64,000 bases of DNA from Myxococcota bacterium (GTDB taxonomy: Bacteria; Myxococcota_A; UBA796). The DNA lies in NCBI GenBank assembly GCA_029251165.1, contig JAQXDW010000045.1, forward strand, positions 290-64,289, in the 5' to 3' direction. The number at the start of each line of letters is the position of its first letter. Position 1 is the first letter of the stretch. The notes below the pieces were generated by a model. It was given only the letters and a program-made list of their open reading frames with translations. It did no database searches and was not told the DNA's origin. Shown here in pieces: positions 35,197 to 46,175 of the stretch. The translations under genes and the position numbers were made by a program.

Positions 35197-36483
35197 TCAT
35201 CTCCGAGCGCGCATGGCTGTGACGGGTTGGATCCGGGCTGCCCGCATGGCGGGGGAAGCCGAGCCGATGAAGGCCATCAGGATCCCAAGGATGAACGAAA
35301 TTACCGAGAGCTGATAGCTCCAGTCGGGATGCAGGGTGCGGTTGGCTGGAATTGTGTCGGGAAGATTGGATGCGGCAGTTCCGAGATCAACACCAGTGGA
35401 CTCCATTATCAGCGATGCGATTGTACCGAGTGTGACGCCCAGCGCGCCTCCGATGGCCGAGATGACCAGTGCCTCGATTACGAACATCAACACCAGCGCC
35501 CAGACCTTCATCCCCATCGCGCGAAGTACACCGATCTCCGCAGTACGCTCCAGCACGCTCATCAGCATGGTGTTGAGCACCCCAAGCGCTGTGATGAACA
35601 CGATGATGAGCGCGATGGTGCCCATGATGACCCGGGCATACCCGAGCAGTGAAGCGAACGGCTCGCGGGTGTCCCAGGAGGAGAGGACCAGCCCCGCGGG
35701 GTTGCCCTCCAGGTCTGTGACACCGCCGGCCTCTGCCAGCGCGGGGAGGGTTGGCTCGATGGAGGCCATCAGCGCGCGCGCCTCGTGACGATCCGCACCA
35801 AAGATGAGCAGCTCGATGCTGCCGTCAGGGATGTCGGCCATCCAGCGCGCCTTCTCCAGGGGCACGAAGACCTGCTTGTCGAACAGCCCGTTGCCGGTGT
35901 CGAGCACCCCGACCACATCAACCCGGATCGGAGAGAGCGAGCCATCCTGGGTCTTGCCCAGAAAGATCGCCTCGTCTCCAGCAGCGATGCCCATGTTCGC
36001 GGCCAGGGTGCGGCCGATGAGCGCCTGCTTGTCGTTGTCTTCAGCGGAGAAGAATCCCCCGTCGATGACCTGATTGGAGAAGCCGAGGACGTCGTCAAAG
36101 TAGTCCACGGGTGCGCCGACCAGCATCGCGAAGACCGAGCCAAGCTCGTTGCCCTCTACGCTGGCAGCCACGCCGACCTGGATGCGAGGGTGGACGGTCT
36201 CTACTGCGGGATTCTCCGAGAGCTTCTCGATGAGGGCAGCGTCATCGGGGATGTTCTCGTACAGCGGCATCAGCCGCTCTCGCGCCGCGAAGCCCTCTGT
36301 GACCATGCGGACGTGGCCGTTGGCCTGCACGGAGGCATGGATGAAGTTGCCGTGGATGCCCTGGACCCAGGAGAGCCCGATGGTCAAGAGCGCGCAGCCG
36401 AGCATCACTGTCGCGGCGGTGAGCATGGAGCGGCGGCCGTTGCGCAGGACGTTGCGGAAGGCGAGCTGGATGATCGTCAGCAT
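35197..36483 (-). CDS. FtsX-like ABC transporter permease (LolC/E / MacB-type)
   Basis: 428 aa. An N-terminal TM helix, a large periplasmic domain and three C-terminal TM helices (FtsX topology). Confidence 0.8.
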   Translation of the reverse strand: MLTIIQLAFRNVLRNGRRSMLTAATVMLGCALLTIGLSWVQGIHGNFIHASVQANGHVRMVTEGFAARERLMPLYENIPDDAALIEKLSENPAVETVHPRIQVGVAASVEGNELGSVFAMLVGAPVDYFDDVLGFSNQVIDGGFFSAEDNDKQALIGRTLAANMGIAAGDEAIFLGKTQDGSLSPIRVDVVGVLDTGNGLFDKQVFVPLEKARWMADIPDGSIELLIFGADRHEARALMASIEPTLPALAEAGGVTDLEGNPAGLVLSSWDTREPFASLLGYARVIMGTIALIIVFITALGVLNTMLMSVLERTAEIGVLRAMGMKVWALVLMFVIEALVISAIGGALGVTLGTIASLIMESTGVDLGTAASNLPDTIPANRTLHPDWSYQLSVISFILGILMAFIGSASPAMRAARIQPVTAMRARR

Positions 36484-36486
36484 CGG

Positions 36487-37710
36487 TCAGTCAGCCTTCA
36501 CTGCATCGGCAGGGTTCAGGGTGGAGGCGTGCCAGGCGGGGTAGGCGCTGGAGAGAATGGAGACGACGAAGCCGAAGACCAGCGAGAAGATGACCGGACC
36601 CCAGGTGAACTGCATGTAGAGGGTGGAGGACATCGAGGTCTCACCGAGTGAGTTGGTGAGGCCGGAGATGTCGATTCCGTGAGAGGCGAACCACCAGACC
36701 ACCGCGCAGCCGACGCCGGCGCCGAGCACACCAGCGGTCAGGCCCATCACGCCCCCCTCCAGCAGGAACAGCGACTGGATGCCGCGGCGGGACATGCCCA
36801 TCGCGCGGAGCGTTCCGACCTCTCGGACCCGCTCGTAGGTCGCCATGATGACGGTGTTGGCGATGCCGAGCGCCGAGATGAGCATCAAGATGAGCACGAC
36901 CAGGGAGATCGCCTGCCGTCGGAAGGCGTTGAGGGCGATGAGATCAGCGACTTCCTGGAGGGAAGACTGTGCAGTCCAGCCTCCCACCGACAGCTCCGGG
37001 ATGATGCCGTCGGACAGCCCGCGCCGCTTGAGCCGCACCGCGATGTGGGTGCGTGCCTCGCCGGGCTCGACGAGCCTCACGGCGTTCTCCATGGGCATCC
37101 AGACCGACATCGCGTCGACCGCGGGGCTTCCGGCGGTGACGATGCCGGTGATCTGGTAGGGCAGGGCGTTGATCGCACCGGCCATGGTGTGTGCGTTGAG
37201 GACCACCGAGTCTCCAGCAGACAGCTCCAGCATCGACGCCAGGCCTGCGCCCATGGCGATCTGACCATCCTCGGTGGGCCAGGCGCCCGCGACCGTCCAC
37301 GTCTCGCGAGGGAAGACCGCGGCCTCCGCTTCTGCGCGGTAGCCGATGACCTTCATCCGCACGCTGTCCATGCCGCTGACCATCCGGGCGGAGAACCACA
37401 GCCGAGTGGCGTAGGCCTCGATGCGCTCATCCGTCAGCGCCGCTGCCAGGCTCGCCTCGATCGGGGCGGCCTTGTCGAGCGGATAGTTGAGGTTGTCGGA
37501 TGGAAATTCCGCTGGCCGCAGCAAGACATGGCCCGAGGAGGTGTCTTCCTGGGCGCGGATGACGTTCTCATCCAGTCCGTCCACCAGGCCAAATCCCATG
37601 ATCAGCACGCTGACCCCGGCGATGACCGCGGCGGAGGTGATCAGGGTGCGGCGGACATTGCGGGTGAGGTTGCGGAACGCCAGGCTGACGATCAAAGACG
37701 CCCGCATCAC
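36487..37710 (-). CDS. FtsX-like ABC transporter permease (second copy)
   Basis: 407 aa with the same topology. The start overlaps the ATPase stop. Confidence 0.8.
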   Translation of the reverse strand: MMRASLIVSLAFRNLTRNVRRTLITSAAVIAGVSVLIMGFGLVDGLDENVIRAQEDTSSGHVLLRPAEFPSDNLNYPLDKAAPIEASLAAALTDERIEAYATRLWFSARMVSGMDSVRMKVIGYRAEAEAAVFPRETWTVAGAWPTEDGQIAMGAGLASMLELSAGDSVVLNAHTMAGAINALPYQITGIVTAGSPAVDAMSVWMPMENAVRLVEPGEARTHIAVRLKRRGLSDGIIPELSVGGWTAQSSLQEVADLIALNAFRRQAISLVVLILMLISALGIANTVIMATYERVREVGTLRAMGMSRRGIQSLFLLEGGVMGLTAGVLGAGVGCAVVWWFASHGIDISGLTNSLGETSMSSTLYMQFTWGPVIFSLVFGFVVSILSSAYPAWHASTLNPADAVKAD

Positions 37711-38393
37711 TTCTCCTCGATCCGCTGCAGCTCTCCGTCGAGGATGTGTACGATCCGTCGCGCGTGGTTCACCACCATCGGGTCGTGCGTGGAGAACAGG
37801 AAGGTGGCGTCGTGCTCATCGTTGAGACGCTGCATGATCTCCAGGATCTGAGCAGAGTTCTTGGAGTCGAGGTTGGCGGTTGGTTCGTCGGCAATGACCA
37901 GGGCGGGCTCCTTGACCAGCGCGCGGGCGACCGCGACTCGCTGCTGCTGACCACCGGAGAGCTGGCTGGGACGTCGGTCCATGAACTTCTCCAGGCCGAC
38001 CCCGACCAGCGCCGCGCGCACCCGATCCTGCCGCTCGCGCTTGGGCGGATCGTCGGAGAGCTGGAGGGCCAGCTCGACGTTCTCGAAGGCAGAGAGCACC
38101 GGGATGAGGTTGAAGCTCTGGAAGATGAACCCGATCTTCTGTGCGCGCAGCACCCCCAGGGCATCCTCAGACAGCGTGCTGACGTCCTGACCCTCGATGA
38201 GGACCTGACCCTTTGTGGGCACATCGAGCAGACCAATGAGGTTGAGGAGGGTGGACTTTCCGCTGCCCGATGGTCCGGAGAAGACGGTGAATTCTCCAGA
38301 ATTAATCGAGACACTGACGCCCTTTACTGCCGGTACCTCGACTTCGCCCATGCGATAGATCTTGTGGACATCGACCAGCTCGCAGATCGCCAT
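37707..38393 (-). CDS. ABC transporter ATP-binding protein (LolD/MacB-ATPase-like)
   Basis: Walker A GPSGSGKST, signature LSGGQQQRVAVARAL, Walker B LVIADEPTANLD. Confidence 0.85.
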   Translation of the reverse strand: MAICELVDVHKIYRMGEVEVPAVKGVSVSINSGEFTVFSGPSGSGKSTLLNLIGLLDVPTKGQVLIEGQDVSTLSEDALGVLRAQKIGFIFQSFNLIPVLSAFENVELALQLSDDPPKRERQDRVRAALVGVGLEKFMDRRPSQLSGGQQQRVAVARALVKEPALVIADEPTANLDSKNSAQILEIMQRLNDEHDATFLFSTHDPMVVNHARRIVHILDGELQRIEEK

Positions 38394-38436
38394 ACATCCT
38401 CCCCGAGGGAGGGGCCTGTAACCAGGATGTAGAGAG

Positions 38437-39036
38437 TCAGCGGATCTTGAGGAGCCCCACAGACATCCTTTTCACCATCTCGGCAGCGGATCCTGGAGGC
38501 GTAAGCTCTGGAACCCCTAAGGACAGCTGGTATGCACCGGTGACCGCAGACAGGATCGCTGCGGTGATCGCGTCGGCGTCATCGACTGCTGCTGTGTCCT
38601 CGGACAGCACTGCCGCGACGATGCTGCGAAGCCGGGCGGCGTCTGTGGTGAGCAGCTCTTGGTAGCGGGTGCCGATCGTGGGCATGCGGAGGGCAGCCGC
38701 GCCGATCTGCACCCAGCAGGCTACCAGGCGGGGATCGCTGGCGGTGTCGATAGCAAGGTGGGCGTCGATCCAGGCCTCCAATGCGACACGGGGCGGGGCA
38801 TCTGGTGAGATGCGCTGCTCAAACCGAGCGGTGATCGCCTCCTCGATGGTGTCGAGGACCGCCAGCAGGATCTTCTCCTTGCTGCCGAAGTGGTAGTGCA
38901 GCAGGCCTGCCGTGAGGCCCGCGGCGGCTGCGATGGCTTGGATGCTGGCGCGCTCGTAGCCTGCGGTGGCCATCACGGTGAGCATGCCGTCCACGATCTC
39001 GGCGCGACGCGCGCGGCTGTTGCTGGGGCGGGGCAC
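38437..39036 (-). CDS. TetR/AcrR family transcriptional regulator
   Basis: The HTH region ...ATAGYERASIQAIAAAAGLTAGLLHYHFGSKE is TetR-type. The start is taken at GTG 39036, which has GGAG 5 nt upstream; the ORF track extends to 39276 through a low-complexity Arg/Pro stretch. Confidence 0.7.
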   Translation of the reverse strand: MPRPSNSRARRAEIVDGMLTVMATAGYERASIQAIAAAAGLTAGLLHYHFGSKEKILLAVLDTIEEAITARFEQRISPDAPPRVALEAWIDAHLAIDTASDPRLVACWVQIGAAALRMPTIGTRYQELLTTDAARLRSIVAAVLSEDTAAVDDADAITAAILSAVTGAYQLSLGVPELTPPGSAAEMVKRMSVGLLKIR

Positions 39037-39044
39037 GGCGGCTC

Positions 39045-39419
39045 CTAAAGTCCGAGGGGGCCGCCGGCGGCCTTCCAGGCCTTGTAGCCACCGGTCATCG
39101 AGCAGGCGCCCTCGTAGCCCATCCGGTGGAGGCTGTCGGCAGCGAGCGCGGAGCGGCTCCCGTCCTCGCAGTAGAGAATCAGCTCGACCTCGACCTTGCG
39201 GTAGTAGATCTCCACGTCGCGCTCGATGGTGCCCTTGGAGAGGTGTCGGGCACCGGGGATGTGGCTGTGCAGCCACTCGCGATCCTCGCGCACGTCGATG
39301 AGGTTGATCAGCTCGCCCTTGCTGTGGCGCGCCAGGACCTCAGCGAGAGAAACCTCTTTGATCCGGAACCGGGCGTCCTGGACGAGGTTGGAGAATCGAA
39401 TCGCGTGCTTGGACATCAT
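39045..39419 (-). CDS. single-domain rhodanese-like sulfurtransferase
   Basis: DVREDREW..HIPGA and an active-site loop YCEDGSRS in a 124-aa protein. Confidence 0.75.
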   Translation of the reverse strand: MMSKHAIRFSNLVQDARFRIKEVSLAEVLARHSKGELINLIDVREDREWLHSHIPGARHLSKGTIERDVEIYYRKVEVELILYCEDGSRSALAADSLHRMGYEGACSMTGGYKAWKAAGGPLGL

Positions 39420-39445
39420 CGCTTCCTGTACGCGAAGACTCTACA

Positions 39446-40123
39446 TCACTGAGAAAACCGCAGCGGGTAGCCGAACGTGAAGCCGTCGGGCATGTCGTGG
39501 GGGGGGAACGCGGCGTAGCGGAGGGTGTCGGTGATGCAGCCCGTCAGCACCTTGTCCAGACCACCGCTGTCGCTCACCCGCACTCCGGCGACCTGTCCGC
39601 TGCAGGCCACCGTGATGTCCAGGGTGACCACCCCCACCGGCCAGTCGCCGTCGATGCAGCGGCTCACCTGCCCGACGAAGGCATCCATGGCACCGGTGAC
39701 CTGGCTGTGCGACAGCCCGACGCTGGCGACCATCTCGGGCTCATCGCCGTCGACCTCGGAGAGCGAGGGGCCGTCGAGGCAGGGCTGCTCGGCGGGCATG
39801 GAGAGGCCGCCCGCTGGCGCCGGCGAGGTGGCTGAGATGCTGCGCCCGCCGCCGCCGCTGCTGCGCTTCCGGGGAGCCTTCTTCGCGGAGGGTGCCGACG
39901 AGGCCACGATCTCGCCCTCTCCTGGAATCGTGAGGACCTGATCGATGTCGATGAGGTCGCCAGAGATGCCGTTGGCCTGCCGCAGCGCAGCGACCGTCAC
40001 GCCGTACTCCCGGGCGATCTTGGAGAGGGAGTCGCCCTTGACGACGGTGTAGGTGACCGGCGGCGGGGCGGTCGGGGTGGGCTCGCAGGCGAGCATTCCG
40101 AGCAGGATGAGCATTGGAGTCAC
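39446..40123 (-). CDS. LysM domain lipoprotein
   Basis: Lipobox LGMLAC. YTVVKGDSLSKIAREYGVTVAALRQANGI...LTIP matches a LysM domain. Confidence 0.7.
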   Translation of the reverse strand: MTPMLILLGMLACEPTPTAPPPVTYTVVKGDSLSKIAREYGVTVAALRQANGISGDLIDIDQVLTIPGEGEIVASSAPSAKKAPRKRSSGGGGRSISATSPAPAGGLSMPAEQPCLDGPSLSEVDGDEPEMVASVGLSHSQVTGAMDAFVGQVSRCIDGDWPVGVVTLDITVACSGQVAGVRVSDSGGLDKVLTGCITDTLRYAAFPPHDMPDGFTFGYPLRFSQ

Positions 40124-40148
40124 ATAACGAGTAGGCTGTCAGCCATCC

Positions 40149-41219
40149 GTGAGGTGTGCAGTGTCGCTGGGGGTCATTGAGGGATTCTACGGGGAGACCT
40201 GGGGCTGGCGAGCGCGGACTGAGGCGCTGCCCTTTCTGGCTGCGGCGGGCTTCACCTTCTTCATCTACGCTCCCAAGGGCGATCGTCGCCTGCGCCGGGA
40301 GTGGCGCACTGCCCATGACTCCGCAGATGCCAAGGAGCTCCGGGACTTCGGCACGGCGTGTCGGGCGGTCGGCATCGGGTTCGGGGTCGGTCTGACCCCG
40401 CTGGCGCTGCATGAGGCGTGGGACGGCGAGGGGAGGTCGGACCTGGAGCGGCGCCTGGAGAGCCTCAAGACGCTGCGGCTGGACTGGCTCGGCGTGCTGT
40501 TCGACGACATGCGTGGTGACATGCCGCACCTCGCCCAGACCCAGGCTGACATCGTGAAGGTCGTTGCCGACTCCGGCGTGGCCGCGCACCTGATGATGTG
40601 TCCGACCTATTACTCCGACGCCCCCATCCTCGATCGCTTGTTTGGTGACCGACCTGCGGGCTACCTCGGCGCGCTGGGCCGGGCGATGGACAACGCGGTC
40701 GACATCTGCTGGACCGGAGAGAAGGTGGTTTCTCCGAATTACACCGCCGCACACCTCGAGCGGGTCGCCGATGAGATGGGGCAGAAGCCGCTCATCTGGG
40801 ACAACTATCCCGTCAACGATGGCCCCCGGATGTCACGGTTCCTCCACCTCGCCGCGCCAGACCGTGGTCCAGAGATCCTGCCGCGTGTCGCGGGCCTGAT
40901 GATGAATCCGATGAACCAGAGCTGGCTGAGCCGGATCCCGATGCATGCGGCGGCAGAGAGCCTCCAGGGCAGGGGAGCGGGCAGCACGGAAGCGGACACC
41001 ATGCAGGCCATTGACAAGCTCCTCCCAGCGGCGCTCGCCGGTCAGCTTTCTGTGGACTGGCGGGCGTTCCAGGAGAACGGCATGGAGACGCTCCAGGACA
41101 CGGAGCGGGACGAGCTGCTCCGGATCTACACCGGCCTCGAGCACCCCGCAGCTGCCGAGATCGTGCGCTGGCTGAAGGGCGACTACGCGGTCAGTGCGGA
41201 GATCCTGACCGACGTCTGA
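40149..41219 (+). CDS. GH84-like (O-GlcNAcase / beta-N-acetylglucosaminidase family) protein
   Basis: The N-terminal GVIEGFYGETWGW matches the GVVEGFYG.PW signature opening the GH84 catalytic TIM barrel. Confidence 0.5.
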   Translation: MRCAVSLGVIEGFYGETWGWRARTEALPFLAAAGFTFFIYAPKGDRRLRREWRTAHDSADAKELRDFGTACRAVGIGFGVGLTPLALHEAWDGEGRSDLERRLESLKTLRLDWLGVLFDDMRGDMPHLAQTQADIVKVVADSGVAAHLMMCPTYYSDAPILDRLFGDRPAGYLGALGRAMDNAVDICWTGEKVVSPNYTAAHLERVADEMGQKPLIWDNYPVNDGPRMSRFLHLAAPDRGPEILPRVAGLMMNPMNQSWLSRIPMHAAAESLQGRGAGSTEADTMQAIDKLLPAALAGQLSVDWRAFQENGMETLQDTERDELLRIYTGLEHPAAAEIVRWLKGDYAVSAEILTDV

Positions 41220-41699
41220 GTGCCAGGAGACCCGTCAGCAGAATCAGCGTGCTGTCTTGGGCTGCTGAGCACGGACCGATGTCGAGCCGGACGGTGACGC
41301 TGTCGCCTGGCGTGAGGGGCAGGGGAGCGAGAATGACGGTGCTGTCAAGGGCATCGAGGTCCGCCAGCCCTCCGCCTTCCGCAGCCAGGACCGTGAGAGC
41401 CCCCGGCGGCTGGGACGGCTGCGAGCGCGCTGGGCAAAGATACCGACCTCCGTCCAGTCTGGGTTGTTTCGCGTACGGTGAGAGCCTCAGTGGATCGTCT
41501 CCGGGGCGATCCGGTCCATAAAGACGAGCGCCTACAGGTGGAAGAAGTCGTATGTCCAGGTAAATCCAACCTCATCGAGGGCGATGATCGCGCTCACGTC
41601 GCGCCAGAAGTCGTCGAGGTGAGCGGCTCGGGGGCTCATGACCGGTGCGATAGGGGTGAGGGAGGTGGTCATGGTGGATACAGTGCCCTTGGAGGCGTG

Positions 41700-42100
41700 A
41701 TGCTGCTGCTGCTGCTGGCCTGTGGGGCCATATCCGATCCGGTTTCGGACTGTCTGACGGAGTATTCCGCGGACGCCGGCTATGGCTGGGCTCATGACGC
41801 TGGGGCAGGCATGAGCGCAGAGGATGCAGCGGAAGACTGCGCAGATGAAGGCCGAGAGGCCTGTGATGCGGCGGAATTCCTCACCCGAGATGCCGCGTTC
41901 TGCCTGGCGAGCCTGTCGGGGCTGGCCGAGGGGGTCGAGGACTGGGAGGCGGGCCTGACTTACCACTACCAGTATGAGGTGGTCGTCTGGAACGTGGTCA
42001 GCACCTCGTTCTCCGATCCGGGCTACTACGCCGGCGAGACGGTGAGCTTTGATGCGAACACCGGCGAGAACCTGGGCCGCACCGGCTGGGAGGCAACACC

Positions 42101-42104
<4 letters not shown>
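41700..42104 (+). CDS. small hypothetical lipoprotein
   Basis: Internal ATG 41700 has GGAGG 5 nt upstream and gives MLLLLLACGAISDP with a lipobox. The stop overlaps the ABC-F start. Confidence 0.4.
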
Positions 42105-43972
<1,868 letters not shown>

Positions 43973-44016
43973 CGGCTCGTCGTCCTGTGGAGTAAAACCA
44001 CCACGGAGGCTCCTAC

Positions 44017-44814
44017 ATGCTGTTCGCCCTGACCTTCTCCATTCTCGGCTGCAAGAACGTCGATCCTGCCCCTGAGAACCTCGACGCGCTGGCCCACTAC
44101 TACTGGGACCACTTCGACGATGCAGACGACGACGCCGTGGCCGGAGGTGTGCAGAACCTCCACGCCGCGATCCAGGGCAGCACTCGGGAGGACGTCTCCG
44201 ACGGCTCGATCTCCAACCTCACCGTCGACCAGCTCGCGCTGATCGGCATGGAGAGCGAGGACCCCTCAGATGCCTACGGGGTCTACATCGCCAACCTCAT
44301 CGAGGGCTGCAGCCTCGAAGAGATCGAGTACCTCACCTACGCCTCCAACCAGGACGAGCTGCACCCCGGCACCTACGTCACCTACGACCGCGAGTACGGA
44401 GAGGACATCGACGCCTACCTCGCCCGAGAGGAAGACGTCCTGACCTGGGTGACCACCTACGAGGTCTCCGGGTTCGCCTCTGACTACACCGCCCAGCTCG
44501 ACGGCTGGCTCCGCTACGTCCCGGCGCTCGATTCCGAGACCTCGCCCTACGGCCCGATGCTGCTGTCTCGCGGCGTGCTCAAGGATCCGGCCTACTTCAG
44601 CGGCTCTGATGAGCGGGCGCTGTTCCAGGACTACCAGCTGGAGGTCTTCTACGAGCGCGCTCCCGGTGAGATCCTGCACTTCTACGTGATCTGGCGGGAC
44701 ATGGTTCCCCTGGCAAACCAGGACTTCTCCTCCGGGTCCACCCAGCGCCTCGTCCTCGACGGCCTGGCCGAGTGGGACGCAGACTCCGAGGCCTACTGCG
44801 CCGGAGAGATGTAG
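44017..44814 (+). CDS. hypothetical acidic lipoprotein
   Basis: MLFALTFSILGCKN lipobox. Asp/Tyr-rich. Confidence 0.5.
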   Translation: MLFALTFSILGCKNVDPAPENLDALAHYYWDHFDDADDDAVAGGVQNLHAAIQGSTREDVSDGSISNLTVDQLALIGMESEDPSDAYGVYIANLIEGCSLEEIEYLTYASNQDELHPGTYVTYDREYGEDIDAYLAREEDVLTWVTTYEVSGFASDYTAQLDGWLRYVPALDSETSPYGPMLLSRGVLKDPAYFSGSDERALFQDYQLEVFYERAPGEILHFYVIWRDMVPLANQDFSSGSTQRLVLDGLAEWDADSEAYCAGEM

Positions 44815-44820
44815 ACCGCG

Positions 44821-45801
44821 ATGCCGAGCCTTCCCCCGATGGTCACCTTTGCTGCGCCCTCCGGGACCGGCAAGACCACCCTCCTTGAGGGCGTCATCGG
44901 TGCGCTGGTCGGGCGCGGGTACCGGGTCGCGGTGCTCAAGCACGATGCCCACCGGCTGACGCTCGACAAGCCCGGCAAGGACTCCTGGCGGTTCCGTCAG
45001 GCCGGCGCGTGGCGGGTGGTGGTCGCCAGCAGCGAGCAGCTCGGGCTGTTCTCTTCGCTGGACGGTCCGATCTCACTGGCGGGCGTCTCGGACACCCTGC
45101 TCCCCGGCGCAGACATCGTGCTCACCGAGGGCTTCCGCCGCGCGGGGCTGCCGACCATCCTGGTCCGTCGAGCCGGGGCCTCGGATCCCACCTGGGAGAT
45201 GCCGGAGAACCTCGTCGCGATCGCCACCGACCGCCCCGAGCCCGGGCCGCTGCCGTGCCTCCCGCTGGATGCGCCGGCTGCGGTCGCCGACTTTATTGAG
45301 TCCCGGTGGCTCTCCGCTGCTGCGCCGGCCCGACCGGTCACCGCTGCGCTGCCCATCGGTGCCGACATCGCCCCCGACCTCCAGCGCCGCTGGATCGCCC
45401 GGGCCCGGGAGCAGTTCGGCGACAACGTCTTGCTCATCGCCGATGCAGACGCCGCCCCGGTCGGGGATGCGCGCATCGTCACCGACATCCGCCCCGGCCT
45501 CGGCCCGCTCGGGGCGCTCCTCACTGCGCTCGCTGCCTCCGAGACGCCGGACGTGCTGCTGTGGGGCGTGCGCCACTGGCAGGAGCACCCCGACCGCATC
45601 GCAGCGATCCGGGCCGCGGCACCGCGCGCGGATGCTGCGGTGCCGATGCAAGACGGCTTCCCGGAGCCGCTGCTGGCCCGGTACGGTCACCGGTGCCTGT
45701 CCGCGATCCAGGGGGCCCTGCTGAGCGGGGAGCGGCGAATGAACGCCTGGTGGGGGCAGGTCCACGTCTGCTGTATTGCTGAGGAGGACTGGCGGGGCTG
45801 A
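44821..45801 (+). CDS. MobB-MobA fusion (molybdopterin-guanine dinucleotide biosynthesis)
   Basis: N-terminus FAAPSGTGKTTLLEGV...VLKHD is a MobB P-loop. The C-terminal half (…GPLGALLTALAA…FPEPLLARYG…) resembles MobA guanylyltransferase. Confidence 0.65.
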   Translation: MPSLPPMVTFAAPSGTGKTTLLEGVIGALVGRGYRVAVLKHDAHRLTLDKPGKDSWRFRQAGAWRVVVASSEQLGLFSSLDGPISLAGVSDTLLPGADIVLTEGFRRAGLPTILVRRAGASDPTWEMPENLVAIATDRPEPGPLPCLPLDAPAAVADFIESRWLSAAAPARPVTAALPIGADIAPDLQRRWIARAREQFGDNVLLIADADAAPVGDARIVTDIRPGLGPLGALLTALAASETPDVLLWGVRHWQEHPDRIAAIRAAAPRADAAVPMQDGFPEPLLARYGHRCLSAIQGALLSGERRMNAWWGQVHVCCIAEEDWRG

Positions 45802-45803
45802 GG

Positions 45804-45843
45804 GGGACTCTGCGATTGGGGCTGGGACTCTGCGATTTGAGCT
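45804..45843. repeat. 2 x 20-bp direct repeat GGGACTCTGCGATT(G/T)G(G/A)GCT
   Basis: Read directly from the sequence, just 3' of the mobAB stop. Confidence 0.7.
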
Positions 45844-46139
45844 TGCCGACGCGTTCTGTTCGCCTGCGGCTCTCAGCTTCGGGGCATTCCACTTCGGGGG
45901 GTGCTCTTTCACCGCTTGGTTGAGGCTGGCTATTCTATGAGCCATGCTTTTTTCTGTCCACTGCGGGCCGACACAGACCTGACGGTCTGCTTTCGTTGCC
46001 CTCCGTTCGAGGGGGCTGCACTCCCGGCGCTTGCGTCTCTCGACGCTGCGCTCTGGTCGCCGCTCCCCTGCGACCCCCAGCCGAACGCAACCACTCATCG
46101 ATTTCACGCACCCACAAGGGATCAGCGTGGAGCACCACA

Positions 46140-46168
46140 GGGCACCGGGAGCACTCCCCCCGGTGCCC
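46140..46168. terminator. perfect 10-bp stem hairpin GGGCACCGGG-N9-CCCGGTGCCC immediately 3' of the MVP-like gene stop
   Basis: Read directly from the sequence. There is no U-tract, so it may be a bidirectional or Rho-assisted terminator between convergent genes. Confidence 0.4.
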
Positions 46169-46175
46169 GGGGCAC

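Noticed and set aside
41220-41699. 46-aa minus-strand ORF (MTTSLTPIAPVMSPRAAHLDDFWRDVSAIIALDEVGFTWTYDFFHL) in a 480-bp intergenic gap
   Set aside because: It has no SD and no recognisable family, and lies in a region that may simply be a promoter or 5'-UTR for the downstream lipoprotein and ABC-F genes. There is too little evidence to call it.
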